A program made the position numbers and the translations under genes. A stretch of DNA of 64,000 bases from a virus. The notes beneath the pieces were generated by a model that did not search any database, was not told the DNA's origin, and worked only from the letters and a program-made list of their open reading frames with translations. The stretch is taken from IMG/VR virus record IMGVR_UViG_3300033273_000550, positions 1 to 64,000 of that record. One strand, given 5' to 3'. This document shows positions 18,379 to 29,077 of this stretch, one piece after another (the first letter of the stretch is position 1; each line of letters begins with the position of its first letter).

Positions 18379-18748
18379 TAGAGAGATTATGAATGCTAAG
18401 AGACAGATCCCTCTTAGCGCTAGAGAAATTCTAAAGAGTGAATACCCAACCATTTACGAAGGATACCAGACAATAATTGACGAGCAATTCGAATTATTTG
18501 CCAAGAAGCATTTAGATTATGGTATGCATAATGTTAGTGCTGGTACTAATTTAGATAATCAAGACGAAGTAGAGTTTGCTATGACTGGTTTATGGTATAG
18601 ACTTTCTGATAAAATTAATAGATGGAAGAATATGATTATATCTGGTAGAAAAGCTCAAAATGAATCATTAATAGATACCTTTCAGGATATAACTAACTAT
18701 GGAATTATTTCTCAGTTGGTTGAAAGAGGTCTCTGGAAAAACGATTAG
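18371..18748 (+). CDS. Nucleotide-modification-associated domain 1 (DUF1599-like)
   Basis: F.KK..DYG, RL.DK..R, ES..DT..DI.NY.II motifs. Confidence 0.75.
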   Translation: MSDREIMNAKRQIPLSAREILKSEYPTIYEGYQTIIDEQFELFAKKHLDYGMHNVSAGTNLDNQDEVEFAMTGLWYRLSDKINRWKNMIISGRKAQNESLIDTFQDITNYGIISQLVERGLWKND

Positions 18749-19666
18749 ATGCCGAAAAAGTTAAAAGCTCCTGTTAAACAAATATGGGAGTCTAAGATTA
18801 AACAATCACCTTCTAAGTATACTCATATATCTTACAGTTCCTTTAGCACGTATGATAAATGCCCTAAGTTATGGGAACTACAGTACTTAAGGAAGAAAGT
18901 TCCATTTAAGCAAAATATCTATACTTGCTTTGGTACTGCCATGCATGAGACTATTCAGGAATGGTTAACAGTTATGTACCACGATAAAGTAAAAGCTGCT
19001 AACGATATTAATCTTCATAAGCTTCTATATGCCAATATGGTTAAAGCATATAAGATAGGTAAAGCTCAAATGGACCAGGAACATTTTTCTACTGCTGAAG
19101 AGCTGCAACAGTTCTGGGTAGAGGGTAAACATATATTAGACTTCTTAGTTAAAAAGAGAGCTGCTTACTTCTCTACTAAAACTATGATGTTAGCAGGAGT
19201 AGAAACTTTACTATATCAAGAAATTAAACCTGGAGTAATGTTCAAAGGATTAATAGATCTAGTGTTCTATCATCCAGTAAACGATACTTGGACGATTATG
19301 GATATCAAAACCTCAACCTCAGGTTGGAGAGATAACCAAAAGAAGAATCCTAATCTTACTGCTCAAGTTGTACTGTATAAAGAGTTCTTTGCTAAACAGT
19401 TTGGTATTGATAAAGATAAGATTAGTGTTGAGTATTTTATTGTAAAAAGAAGAGTTCCAAAAGATGCTGATTATGCTTCGATGCAGAGAAGAGTTCAAGA
19501 GTTTAGACCTAATGATGGTCCTAGAAAGACTAAACAGGTAATAGATAAGTTAAATAAATTTATAAGTGAGGTAGTAGATACCGAAGGTAAATTTATTGAT
19601 AAAGAATATTCTTGCAGTAATCCTTTTGGTAAATGTGAAAATTGTAGTCCATTTTTAGATTTATAG
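18749..19666 (+). CDS. PD-(D/E)XK nuclease, Cas4/RecB-like
   Basis: SYS...CP, FGTAMHE, G.IDL, DIKT and C-terminal C..C..C motifs. Confidence 0.88.
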   Translation: MPKKLKAPVKQIWESKIKQSPSKYTHISYSSFSTYDKCPKLWELQYLRKKVPFKQNIYTCFGTAMHETIQEWLTVMYHDKVKAANDINLHKLLYANMVKAYKIGKAQMDQEHFSTAEELQQFWVEGKHILDFLVKKRAAYFSTKTMMLAGVETLLYQEIKPGVMFKGLIDLVFYHPVNDTWTIMDIKTSTSGWRDNQKKNPNLTAQVVLYKEFFAKQFGIDKDKISVEYFIVKRRVPKDADYASMQRRVQEFRPNDGPRKTKQVIDKLNKFISEVVDTEGKFIDKEYSCSNPFGKCENCSPFLDL

Positions 19667-19701
19667 ACTATTTATATATAAATATATAAGTATATATAGT
19701 T

Positions 19702-19896
19702 ATGGTAAAAGACGAAAAACTCACCTCCGTTAAAATTACGCAACCTTTATTTGATAAATTTAAGATGGCTTGCTTGCAAGATAAGTTTTCTTTTAAAAAA
19801 CTTGCAGATCGGGCGATTTATCTTTATATTACTGATAAAGAGTTTAAAGAAAAAGTTCATAAAATTAAATCCATTAAGTTAGAGAATGAGAAGTAA
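19702..19896 (+). CDS. Ribbon-helix-helix-like DNA-binding protein
   Basis: LTSVKI strand followed by two helices. Confidence 0.55.
   Translation: MVKDEKLTSVKITQPLFDKFKMACLQDKFSFKKLADRAIYLYITDKEFKEKVHKIKSIKLENEK
19802..19832 (+). promoter_or_regulatory. Host-type promoter upstream of the glycosylation cluster
   Basis: TTG-N20-TATATTAC inside the preceding ORF. Confidence 0.5.
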
Positions 19897-21316
19897 TCAT
19901 ATTCCAAAAGCAGAAAGAAAGAAGATACTTTTATTATGCGATGATTTACGAATGAATTCTGGAATTGCTACTATGGCAAGAGAGTTCGTAACAAACCTTG
20001 CTCACAGATATAATTGGTTTCAGTTAGGTGCAGCATTAAAACATCCAGAAGTAGGTAAAGTATTTGATTTATCTAAAGCTGTAAATGATAGAATAGGGAT
20101 AGATGATGCTGATGTTAAAGTAATGCCTAATAATGGATACGGTAACTCCACCCAGATTAGACAGATAATGAGAGAGCAAAAACCAGATGCTATCTACATC
20201 TTTACTGATCCTAGATACTGGGTATGGTTATTTGAAATCGAAAGAGAAATCAGAACAGAGATTCCTATCTTCTGGTTAAATATATGGGACGACTATCCTG
20301 CTCCTATGTACAACAAAAACTTTTATGATTCAGTAGACCTATTGATGGGTATTTCTAAACAGACTGTTAATATCAATAAGCTGGTTTTAGGTGATAAAGC
20401 TAAGGATAAAGTAATTGAATACGTACCTCACGGTATTGATGAGAAAACTTTCTTTCCTATAACTGCTGATAGTCCTTTATACCCTCAGTTACAGGAATTT
20501 AAAAGCAAAACCATCCCTGTTGCTACAGATTTTATTGTTTATTTTAATTCTAGAAATATTCATAGAAAAAGACCTGGTGATGTTATGTTAGCATATAAAT
20601 TGTTCTGTGATAAGATAGGAGCTGAGTCAAAAAGAACTGCGTTAGTAATGCATACAGAAGCTTCTAATCCGCACGGTACAGATTTAAGAGCATGTAAAGC
20701 AGCACTCTGTCCAGATGAAAATGTTTTCTTCTCTGAGGCGAAAATCACTCCTGAGCAAATGAACTTTATGTATAATATGGCTGACGTTACTATGTTAATT
20801 TCTTCTAATGAAGGATGGGGACTATCACTTACAGAGTCAATGATGTGCGGTACGATGATTATAGGAGCAGTAACTGGGGGTATGCAAGATCAAATGAGAT
20901 TTACAGATAAAAAAGGTAACTGGATTGATTTTACTGCTGATTTTCCTTCTAACCATAGAGGTACCTATAAGAATTGCGGAGAGTGGGCAGTACCTGTTTT
21001 CCCATCTAATATTTCATTAGCTGGTTCACCTCAAACACCTTACATATTTGACGATAGAGTATCCCCCGAAGATGCTGCTGATGCTCTCTATAGAGTATAT
21101 AAAATGTTACCTTCAGAAAGAGTTAGCAAAGGTCTAAAAGGACATGAATGGGTTACTTCTGATGAATCTAATATGTCTTCTCTAAATATGTGTAACAGAA
21201 TAGATGAATGTATGCAAAAAGCATTTGAGGAATTTGTACCAAGAGAAAGATTCGAAGTTATTAAAGTAGAAGATAGCGATGATAAAGTTGTTAAACATAA
21301 ATTAATAGGTTATTAA
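19886..21316 (+). CDS. Glycosyltransferase, GT4/GT-B
   Basis: VPHGID, RN..RK and EGWGLSLTESMMCG motifs. Confidence 0.9.
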   Translation: MRSNHIPKAERKKILLLCDDLRMNSGIATMAREFVTNLAHRYNWFQLGAALKHPEVGKVFDLSKAVNDRIGIDDADVKVMPNNGYGNSTQIRQIMREQKPDAIYIFTDPRYWVWLFEIEREIRTEIPIFWLNIWDDYPAPMYNKNFYDSVDLLMGISKQTVNINKLVLGDKAKDKVIEYVPHGIDEKTFFPITADSPLYPQLQEFKSKTIPVATDFIVYFNSRNIHRKRPGDVMLAYKLFCDKIGAESKRTALVMHTEASNPHGTDLRACKAALCPDENVFFSEAKITPEQMNFMYNMADVTMLISSNEGWGLSLTESMMCGTMIIGAVTGGMQDQMRFTDKKGNWIDFTADFPSNHRGTYKNCGEWAVPVFPSNISLAGSPQTPYIFDDRVSPEDAADALYRVYKMLPSERVSKGLKGHEWVTSDESNMSSLNMCNRIDECMQKAFEEFVPRERFEVIKVEDSDDKVVKHKLIGY

Positions 21317-21317
21317 G

Positions 21318-22586
21318 ATGAGTAAATTAAAAGCAGTAGTAAGCTGTCCAGCAGATACTTATTCAGGTTATGGAGCAAGAGCTAGAGATTTTGTGAAAGC
21401 TCTTATAGCATTAGACAAATACGATGTTAAAATTCTTAGCCAACGATGGGGTAATACTAGATTTGGATATCTGAAAGATCATGGAGAGGATGAGCTAAGC
21501 TCTTTAATCATACCTCAGTTAACATCTAAACCAGATATTTGGATTCAGATAACTGTTCCTAATGAATTTCAAGCTGTTGGTAAGTATAATATTGGAGTTA
21601 CAGCAGGAATAGAAACTACTATTTGTGATGCTACATGGATCGAAGGATGTAACAGAATGGATCTTATTCTTACTTCTTCTGAACATAGTAAGAAAGTATT
21701 TCAAGAAACATCTTTTGAAGTAACTGACAACAATACTAAGAAGGTTATTAATAATATTAAACTTACTAAACCAGTTGAAGTATTATTAGAAGGAGCTGAT
21801 ATAGATAAGTATAAAGTAGATAACGATGTAAAGTTTGATTTATCTTTAATTCCTGAATCGTTCTGTTACTTATTTGTTGGTCATTGGCTAAAAGGAGATA
21901 TAAGAGAAGATAGAAAGAATGTAGGGTTTATGATCAAAGCTTTCTTAGAAACGTTTAAGAATATTAGAGGAGATAGACCTGCATTAATACTAAAGACTTC
22001 TTCTGCTACTACCTCAATTATGGATAGAGAAGCTATCTTAGATAAGATTAGAACTATAAGAAATACAGTTAAAGGCAATCTACCAAATATCTACCTAGTG
22101 CACGGTGACTTAACTGATCAAGAAATGAACGCTTTATATAATAATAACAAAGTTAAAGCAATGATCTCATTTACTAAAGGAGAAGGATTCGGTAGACCTT
22201 TATTAGAATTCTCTTTAGTGAAGAAACCTATTATAGCATCAGCATGGAGTGGTCATATAGATTTCTTAAACCCTGAACAAGCTATGTTAGTAGGAGGAGA
22301 CTTAAATAATGTTCATCCATCTGCTGTACAAGATAAAGTTATACTTAAAGAGTCTAAATGGTTTCAGGTAGATGATGGAGCAGCTGGAAGAGCATTGAAA
22401 GAAATGTATAAGCACTATAAAGAGTGGATTCCTAAAGCTAAAAAATTAGGATATAAAAATTCAAAGGAATTTAGCTTCAGTAAGATGACTAACGTATTAA
22501 AAAGTTATACAGAGAAATATATTCCAGAAATGGCAGCAGAGGTCCAGCTTCAAATGCCTACTATGGAACTACCTAAATTAAGTTAA
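21318..22586 (+). CDS. Glycosyltransferase, GT4/GT-B
   Basis: SGYG, RKN and GEGFGRPLLE motifs. Confidence 0.9.
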   Translation: MSKLKAVVSCPADTYSGYGARARDFVKALIALDKYDVKILSQRWGNTRFGYLKDHGEDELSSLIIPQLTSKPDIWIQITVPNEFQAVGKYNIGVTAGIETTICDATWIEGCNRMDLILTSSEHSKKVFQETSFEVTDNNTKKVINNIKLTKPVEVLLEGADIDKYKVDNDVKFDLSLIPESFCYLFVGHWLKGDIREDRKNVGFMIKAFLETFKNIRGDRPALILKTSSATTSIMDREAILDKIRTIRNTVKGNLPNIYLVHGDLTDQEMNALYNNNKVKAMISFTKGEGFGRPLLEFSLVKKPIIASAWSGHIDFLNPEQAMLVGGDLNNVHPSAVQDKVILKESKWFQVDDGAAGRALKEMYKHYKEWIPKAKKLGYKNSKEFSFSKMTNVLKSYTEKYIPEMAAEVQLQMPTMELPKLS

Positions 22587-22587
22587 T

Positions 22588-23049
22588 ATGGCAGATCAAT
22601 TAACAGAATGTAAAAGATGTGGGGGTAATGCATGCTACGAGCAGGTTATTACACCAGCAGAAGTAAATGAAACTATAACTACATGGTTATGTATGGGATG
22701 TGGGTTTACTTCTTCAACAGTTATGAATAAAGATGGAGTAGCACATAAGAATATATTAGAGACTTCTCCTGAGCTTTATAAAGACTTACTGTACGAAGAC
22801 GATAAAGGACTAATATGGGCTCCTGCTACAATTACTTTACCAGAGAAAGGTATGGTATTTTTGGATGGTGTAAGCCATAAAGAGTGGAAATGGGCTGCAG
22901 TAAAATCTATTCCTATTACTGAAGAAGATAGAAAGCTAAAAGCTTTTCCAAAAGACCAAACTAGCAAAATGGATATGAAAAATATGAAACACTTTGGTCA
23001 GAGGGAATTTATGGATGCGTTAGAAGTTATAGGTTTTTATGAAAATTAG
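22588..23049 (+). CDS. Zinc-binding hypothetical protein
   Basis: CKRC and CMGC pairs. Confidence 0.7.
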   Translation: MADQLTECKRCGGNACYEQVITPAEVNETITTWLCMGCGFTSSTVMNKDGVAHKNILETSPELYKDLLYEDDKGLIWAPATITLPEKGMVFLDGVSHKEWKWAAVKSIPITEEDRKLKAFPKDQTSKMDMKNMKHFGQREFMDALEVIGFYEN

Positions 23050-23665
23050 TTACGCAATAACAGTTTGTAACGAAAAGAAAGAAGTTAAACGTTTAGTTGA
23101 TTTCCTTTTGTCTAAAAAGAGACAACAAGACGAGATAGTTGTTCTATATGATCAAAAAAATGGAGATGAGGATGTAGCAACAATGCTTACTAAATTAAAT
23201 AAGTTACCTAACTTTCAAATGTGGAGAGGTTTTTTTGACGGACACTTCGCTGATTGGAAGAATAAACTTACTGAATACTGCGATGGTGATTACATCTTTC
23301 AAATTGATGCTGATGAAATGCCTAATGAAAATCTGTTAAAATATCTACCAGAGATTATTGAAACTAATAAGCATAATGAAGTTTTTTTAGTTCCTAGAGT
23401 TAATACAGTAGAAGGATTAACTGATAAGTATATTAACGAATGGAGATGGAATGTGAATGAAAACGGATGGGTCAATTGGCCTGATCATCAGTGGAGAATA
23501 TGGAAGAATAAACCTGAAATTAAATGGATAAATAAAGTACACGAAAGGTTAGATGGGTTTAAAACTTATGCTCCTCTACCAGCACAAGAAGATTATGCTC
23601 TTTATCATCCAAAAGATATCAATAGACAAATTAAACAGAACGAATATTATAAAAAGTTAATATGA
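23039..23665 (+). CDS. Glycosyltransferase family 2
   Basis: ISYAITVCNE, IDADE and VHE motifs. Confidence 0.9.
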   Translation: MKISYAITVCNEKKEVKRLVDFLLSKKRQQDEIVVLYDQKNGDEDVATMLTKLNKLPNFQMWRGFFDGHFADWKNKLTEYCDGDYIFQIDADEMPNENLLKYLPEIIETNKHNEVFLVPRVNTVEGLTDKYINEWRWNVNENGWVNWPDHQWRIWKNKPEIKWINKVHERLDGFKTYAPLPAQEDYALYHPKDINRQIKQNEYYKKLI

Positions 23666-24477
23666 AAGTAGGAGTTATTGGAAACGGTTTTGTAGGAGAA
23701 GCTCAAGCATTTGCGTTCTCATTATCTAACGAGGTTAGAATATACGACATAGACCCTAAAAGAAGTTTTAATACCTTAGAGGAAGTACATGAATGTGATT
23801 TTGTATTTGTATGTGTTCCTACTCCTATGAGTGAATCTGGAGAGCAAGACATATCATATATTGAAGAGGTGTTCACACATGCTAAGGCAGGTCCTATCTA
23901 TATTATTAAGTCTACTATCAAACCAGGAACTACATTAGAACTACAAGAATGCTATCCAGAACTTAATATAGTATTTAGCCCAGAGTTTCTTACAGAAAGA
24001 ATTGCAAAGTTAGATATGATGATGCAAGCTAGGATAATCTTTGGAGGTAAGAAAGAGCTAACAGATAAGGTTCAGACATTATATGAAGGCAGATTTATGA
24101 ATAGACATTTCATTCATACTGATCCTACTACAGCAGAGTTTATTAAGTATATGAATAATTGTTTCTTTGCTACTAAAGTATCTTTACTTAATGAGTATAA
24201 AAGATTAGGTGATAAGGTAGGAGTTGATTGGCAAACAGCTATGCATGGTTTTGCAGCAGACGGTAGAGTAGGTGACAGTCATATGCAAGTACCTGGCCCA
24301 GATGGTAAATTAGGTTTCGGTGGAGCATGTTTTCCAAAAGATATAAATGCTTTTATAACTTTGGCTAAAGAACAAGGTGTAGGAATGAATGTACTAGAAG
24401 CAGCTTGGAAAACTAATCTAGAAGTAAGACCAGAAGCTGACTGGAAACTACTAAAAGGAAGAGCAGTAAGTGAATAA
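23662..24477 (+). CDS. ugd: UDP-glucose/GDP-mannose 6-dehydrogenase family
   Basis: G.GFVG, CVPTP, KST, PEFL and GFGGACFPKD motifs; lacks C-terminal domain. Confidence 0.9.
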   Translation: MKVGVIGNGFVGEAQAFAFSLSNEVRIYDIDPKRSFNTLEEVHECDFVFVCVPTPMSESGEQDISYIEEVFTHAKAGPIYIIKSTIKPGTTLELQECYPELNIVFSPEFLTERIAKLDMMMQARIIFGGKKELTDKVQTLYEGRFMNRHFIHTDPTTAEFIKYMNNCFFATKVSLLNEYKRLGDKVGVDWQTAMHGFAADGRVGDSHMQVPGPDGKLGFGGACFPKDINAFITLAKEQGVGMNVLEAAWKTNLEVRPEADWKLLKGRAVSE

Positions 24478-24928
24478 AAGTATAAGAGAATTAATAGAGA
24501 AAGATATACCGTTCTTTAATAGTGTAAGAAACGAATGTGCTCAGTTTCTACATACTCCTGTTACTTATACTTTACAGCAATCTTATGAGTGGTTTAGTAC
24601 AAATACTAATCCATTTTTTATTTATGAAATAGATTCCAGACCAATAGGTTACTTTCGTACTTCTAATTGGTCTAGTTTAGGCTGCTATGTAGGTTTAGAT
24701 ATTCACAAAGACTACAGAGGTAAGAAACTAGCAGTCGAGGCTTATGAGTTATTTTTTAAGTTCCTTGATAAAGAATACGGTTTAGAAATATTTCAATTAG
24801 AAGTTATGGACTTTAACACAAGAGCTATAAATCTATATGAAAAATTAGGATTTAAGAAAATAGATTCATATATTACAGATAACGGAACTAGTATAAAAAT
24901 GCAATACAATTATGGGAAAAATAAGTAA
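24470..24928 (+). CDS. GNAT acetyltransferase
   Basis: YRGKKLA and N.RA..LYEKLGF motifs. Confidence 0.9.
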   Translation: MNKSIRELIEKDIPFFNSVRNECAQFLHTPVTYTLQQSYEWFSTNTNPFFIYEIDSRPIGYFRTSNWSSLGCYVGLDIHKDYRGKKLAVEAYELFFKFLDKEYGLEIFQLEVMDFNTRAINLYEKLGFKKIDSYITDNGTSIKMQYNYGKNK

Positions 24929-25889
24929 CCAAGATTTAGAGAGTATAAAAAATAGAATAAGTCTTGATAAACTACAGGGTAAATCAGTACTACTAATAGG
25001 TTCGAGTGGCTTTTTAGGTAACTGGTTTATAGAATTATTTGATTATTTAGGAATAGATTACCTATGTTATGATCCTTCAGAGAATAAAGATCATGATATT
25101 TGCAATAGTTTATTAGATTTACCTAGATATGATTACGTTATTAACTGTGCTGGTATTGCTAGTCCTGAAAAGTATATGAAAGAGCCTGTCCTTACTTTAG
25201 ATATTTCTTACATAGGGACTAAGAATGTTTTAGATTATGCAAACAAATATAATGTAGAATCAGTTCTTATGTTTAGTTCTAGCGAGGTATACGGTACTCC
25301 TAATCCTAATGCTATTCCTACTAAAGAAGATTACATTGGTGCTATTCCTACTATGGGGAATAGAAGTTGTTATGATATTGGAAAGCAGGTACTAGAAACA
25401 TTATCATTTATCTACTATAACGAGTTTAATACTCCAGTTAAGATGTGTAGACCTTTTAACTTATATGGACCTTATATGGGCGTAAATGATAATAGAGTAC
25501 TGTCTAATTGGATGAGAAATTATCTTACTGATAAAAAGATTACAGTGTACGGTGATGGTAAACAAACTAGAACATTTTGTTATGCTGGAGATGGAATTGC
25601 AATGATGATGGAGATCTTACTCAATGGAAAAGATGGAGAAGTTTATAACGTAGGTAACCCTTCACCTGAGGTTAACATGATAGAGTTAGCTGAAAAGTTC
25701 TATGAAGCATTAGAAGCAGAACCTAATTACGAGTTTATTAAATACCCTTCAGACTATCCATCTGATGAGCCTTTAAGAAGATGTCCTAATATAGATAAAG
25801 TAGTTAAGCATACTAACATCATTCCTTCAGTAGATTTTAAGACAGGAATTAAGAATATGCTAGAATTTTTTAAAGTAGAAAATTTATGA
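24912..25889 (+). CDS. UDP-glucuronate decarboxylase-like SDR
   Basis: GSSGFLG, AGIASP, SSSEVYG, RSCYD.GK, GDG.QTR.FCY, RRCP motifs. Confidence 0.85.
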   Translation: MGKISNQDLESIKNRISLDKLQGKSVLLIGSSGFLGNWFIELFDYLGIDYLCYDPSENKDHDICNSLLDLPRYDYVINCAGIASPEKYMKEPVLTLDISYIGTKNVLDYANKYNVESVLMFSSSEVYGTPNPNAIPTKEDYIGAIPTMGNRSCYDIGKQVLETLSFIYYNEFNTPVKMCRPFNLYGPYMGVNDNRVLSNWMRNYLTDKKITVYGDGKQTRTFCYAGDGIAMMMEILLNGKDGEVYNVGNPSPEVNMIELAEKFYEALEAEPNYEFIKYPSDYPSDEPLRRCPNIDKVVKHTNIIPSVDFKTGIKNMLEFFKVENL

Positions 25890-26995
25890 TACCATTAATG
25901 AAAGTACATACTCCTCCTAATATTGGTGAGGCGTTACAAAAGGTTTTTGATTCCGGATTTGTTACAGAAGGAGAATATGCTGATAGATTTGAAGCAGAGT
26001 TTGGTAAGTATATCGGTAATGAGAATGTAAGATTAGTAAATAGTTGTACTTCTGCTCTAACATTAGCCGGGCATATGTGTGATATTAAACCTGGAGATGA
26101 AGTAATTAGTACTGCTATGACATGTATGGCAACTAACGAACCGTTCTATAATTTTGGGGCTAAATTAGTATTTGCTGATATTGATCCAATGACAGGTAAT
26201 ATAGATGTTAAGGATATAGAAAAGAAAATTACAGATAAGACTAAAGCTATCATAATGGTACATTGGGCAGGACAGCCTTGTGATTTAGATGCTATTAATG
26301 AACTAGCTAAAAAGTATGGTATCAAGACTATTGAGGATGCAGCACATGCATTAAGATCAACTTATAAGGGTGTTAGAATAGGAAATCATAGTGACTATGT
26401 ATGTTTCTCTTTTCAAGCAGTAAAACATCTTACTACCGTAGATGGAGGAGCGATAGCATGTAAAACTAAAGAAGATGCAGAGAGAATTAGAAAGTTAAGA
26501 TGGTTTGGATTAGATAGACATTTTAAAGCTCCAGCAGGTCAACCTCCAGCTTCTAGATGGGAGCAAGATATTACTGAGGTAGGTTATAAGTTCCATATGA
26601 ATAATGTAAATGCAGCGATTGGTTTAGAAAATCTTAAGCATGTTGATTTTGTAATCGATGGACACGTCAATAATGGAAAGTATTTTGATGAACACATTAA
26701 CAATCCTCATGTTATTATACCTAATAGAGTTAAAGATGGAGCTTCAAGTTATTGGTTATACTCAGTCTTAGTAGAAGATAAGCAAAAGTTTAAAGACTAC
26801 TTAGAAGCAAATGGTATCGCTTCAGACGTTGCTCATGTTAGAAACGATGAGTATTCCTGCTTTGAAGAGTTTAGATTACCTTTGCCTGGATTAGATGAAT
26901 TTTCTAGAAAGATGTTAAATATTCCTTGTGGTTGGTGGTTGAGTGAAGAGGATCGAGACAAGATAGTAAAGGTTGTAAATAAATACGAAGGCTAG
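25886..26995 (+). CDS. DegT/DnrJ/EryC1/StrS sugar aminotransferase
   Basis: NSCTSAL, EDAAHA and FSFQAVKHLTT.DGG motifs. Confidence 0.95.
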   Translation: MIPLMKVHTPPNIGEALQKVFDSGFVTEGEYADRFEAEFGKYIGNENVRLVNSCTSALTLAGHMCDIKPGDEVISTAMTCMATNEPFYNFGAKLVFADIDPMTGNIDVKDIEKKITDKTKAIIMVHWAGQPCDLDAINELAKKYGIKTIEDAAHALRSTYKGVRIGNHSDYVCFSFQAVKHLTTVDGGAIACKTKEDAERIRKLRWFGLDRHFKAPAGQPPASRWEQDITEVGYKFHMNNVNAAIGLENLKHVDFVIDGHVNNGKYFDEHINNPHVIIPNRVKDGASSYWLYSVLVEDKQKFKDYLEANGIASDVAHVRNDEYSCFEEFRLPLPGLDEFSRKMLNIPCGWWLSEEDRDKIVKVVNKYEG

Positions 26996-27846
26996 TGATT
27001 GGGGTTAAATACACTAATGAAATAGAAAAATTTATGTTTGGTAGAGATTTTTTCTTTACTAGATTTTATAGCTATAGTATAGGTGATTGGGCAAATATAA
27101 GCGGTGCATTATATAACCTTAAGTTAGATAACCCAGAGGTTAAGTTTTATATCCCTTCAGGGGAGTTTCTTAAGAAAATTGCTCCTAACTATAAAGATTG
27201 GGGTTATGGTTCAATAGATCCTTCTACTTATATAGAAGTAGTATACAAAAATAATCCGTACGTTAGTATGGTCGATTCGTACGAAGGTACAGCTTATACA
27301 GATCATTTTAGAGCTCAACTAGATCAACAGATACCTCTAGCAGAGAAGATACTTTTAAGATTTGGCTATACTCCTTCAGAAATTAGTAAGATGGATTGTA
27401 CCCCAAAACTCTTTGTTGGTGAAGATGAACGTTCTAAAATATTAAATATAACTGGAGACTTAAATTATGGCTGTCTCTTATTCGGTAGTAGAGTAAATAA
27501 CTTAAAAGGTAGATGGAGTTTTGATAATCATTTATTAGAGCAAGCTGAAAAGTATAAAGATACAAAAGTATTCTATTATAGTGAATTCGATTTAGAAGGA
27601 ACTGATTGGGGAGAACTTTTTAAGAATAAAGTTAACATAACAGATTTAGGATTAAGTATCAGGGAGCAAGTTGTTTTGAAGTATCTTGCTAAATTTAACA
27701 TAGGGTATCATGCAGGTATAAATGATGCTATATTGGGTAACGGTAAGGATAATATTATTTTAACTCCCTATGAACCTTGGACAGAGACTCATATTAGAAA
27801 TACTAAGTATGTATTTAAGGATGGTTCAACAAAATTCTTCGAATGA
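26995..27846 (+). CDS. GT9-like glycosyltransferase candidate
   Basis: IGD, NNPYV and SIREQ...IG..AG motifs. Confidence 0.5.
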   Translation: MIGVKYTNEIEKFMFGRDFFFTRFYSYSIGDWANISGALYNLKLDNPEVKFYIPSGEFLKKIAPNYKDWGYGSIDPSTYIEVVYKNNPYVSMVDSYEGTAYTDHFRAQLDQQIPLAEKILLRFGYTPSEISKMDCTPKLFVGEDERSKILNITGDLNYGCLLFGSRVNNLKGRWSFDNHLLEQAEKYKDTKVFYYSEFDLEGTDWGELFKNKVNITDLGLSIREQVVLKYLAKFNIGYHAGINDAILGNGKDNIILTPYEPWTETHIRNTKYVFKDGSTKFFE

Positions 27847-28241
27847 TTAAAGGAGTCATAGCAGGAAATTTCGATATAATGCATCCAGGTTATATTAAGA
27901 TGTTTAAAGAATGTGCATCTAAATGTGACTGTTTGATAGTATTGCTTCATTCTGATCCGTCTATAGAACGTCCTCATAAACTTAAACCTATTTTATCAGT
28001 AGATGAGAGAAAGGAAATGTTACTTGAATTAAAAAGTATTTGTGATGTTATACCTTATACTTATGAAACTCAATTATTAGATTTACTTAAGATAGGTGAG
28101 TTCGATATAAGATTTTTAGGAGATGATTACATAGGTAAACCTTTTACAGGAGATAATTTAAAAATAGATATACATTATTTAGATAGAAGCCATGGATGGT
28201 CAACAACTAAGTTTAAAAAATTAATAGCAGATACAGTATGA
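27843..28241 (+). CDS. Cytidylyltransferase-like (TagD/RfaE family)
   Basis: GNFDIMHPGY, GDDY and R.HGWSTT motifs. Confidence 0.9.
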   Translation: MIKGVIAGNFDIMHPGYIKMFKECASKCDCLIVLLHSDPSIERPHKLKPILSVDERKEMLLELKSICDVIPYTYETQLLDLLKIGEFDIRFLGDDYIGKPFTGDNLKIDIHYLDRSHGWSTTKFKKLIADTV

Positions 28242-29077
28242 ATATTTTAGTAACAGGAGGAGCTGGAGGAGTTGGTACAAACCTCATAAAAAAGCTCTTA
28301 GAGTTAGGTCACGAAGTAACTAGCTGGGATAATTACTCAGCAGGTACAGAAGAGAATCACGTTAAAGGATGTAAGTATCTTGATAGAGATACTAGATATG
28401 GATCTTTCGAAGGTATTCAATATGATTTAGTTTACCACTTAGGAGAATACTCCAAGGTAGTTCCTTCTTATGATGAAATTAAAACTGCGTTTCAATATAA
28501 TATAGAAGGTAGTTTTAGATTACTTAATTTATGTAAGAACACAAATACTCCTATAGTTTATGCTGCTTCATCTACTAAATTAGCAGAACCTGGAGAACTT
28601 CATTCTCCTTATTCATTTTTTAAATCTACGATTGCTAAGTTAATTCAAGGTTATGGTGATTGGTATGGGTTAAGGTACAACATATGTTACTTTTATAATG
28701 TGTACGGTCCTCACACCGACACTTGGGACAATGAATGGCAATCTGTTATTAATATTTTTATCGATCAGAAAAAGAAAGAAGTTCCTTTAACTATATGCGG
28801 TACCGGTCAACAGAAAAGAGACTTTACTCACGTAGATGATATTGTGCAAGGGTTAGTACTAGCTGGGGTAAATATACAGAATGATGAATATCAATTAGGA
28901 ACTGGAGTAGAGTATTCAATATTAGAAGTTGCTGAAATGTTTGATCATCCTGTTGAGTTTATAGAAGCAAGACCAGGAGATAGACCTAGAGGTTTAGCTG
29001 ATATAAGACACACCCAAGAAGAGTTAGGTTATGAACCTACTGTTAAATTAAAAGAATATATTGACTCAGTAATATGA
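28238..29077 (+). CDS. NAD-dependent epimerase/dehydratase
   Basis: TGGAG..G, Y...K, NVYGP and RDFTHVDD motifs. Confidence 0.92.
   Translation: MNILVTGGAGGVGTNLIKKLLELGHEVTSWDNYSAGTEENHVKGCKYLDRDTRYGSFEGIQYDLVYHLGEYSKVVPSYDEIKTAFQYNIEGSFRLLNLCKNTNTPIVYAASSTKLAEPGELHSPYSFFKSTIAKLIQGYGDWYGLRYNICYFYNVYGPHTDTWDNEWQSVINIFIDQKKKEVPLTICGTGQQKRDFTHVDDIVQGLVLAGVNIQNDEYQLGTGVEYSILEVAEMFDHPVEFIEARPGDRPRGLADIRHTQEELGYEPTVKLKEYIDSVI

Noticed and set aside
18749-19666. CRISPR-Cas system suggested by the Cas4-like gene
   Set aside because: No repeat-spacer array or other cas genes seen; solo Cas4-like nucleases are common in phages
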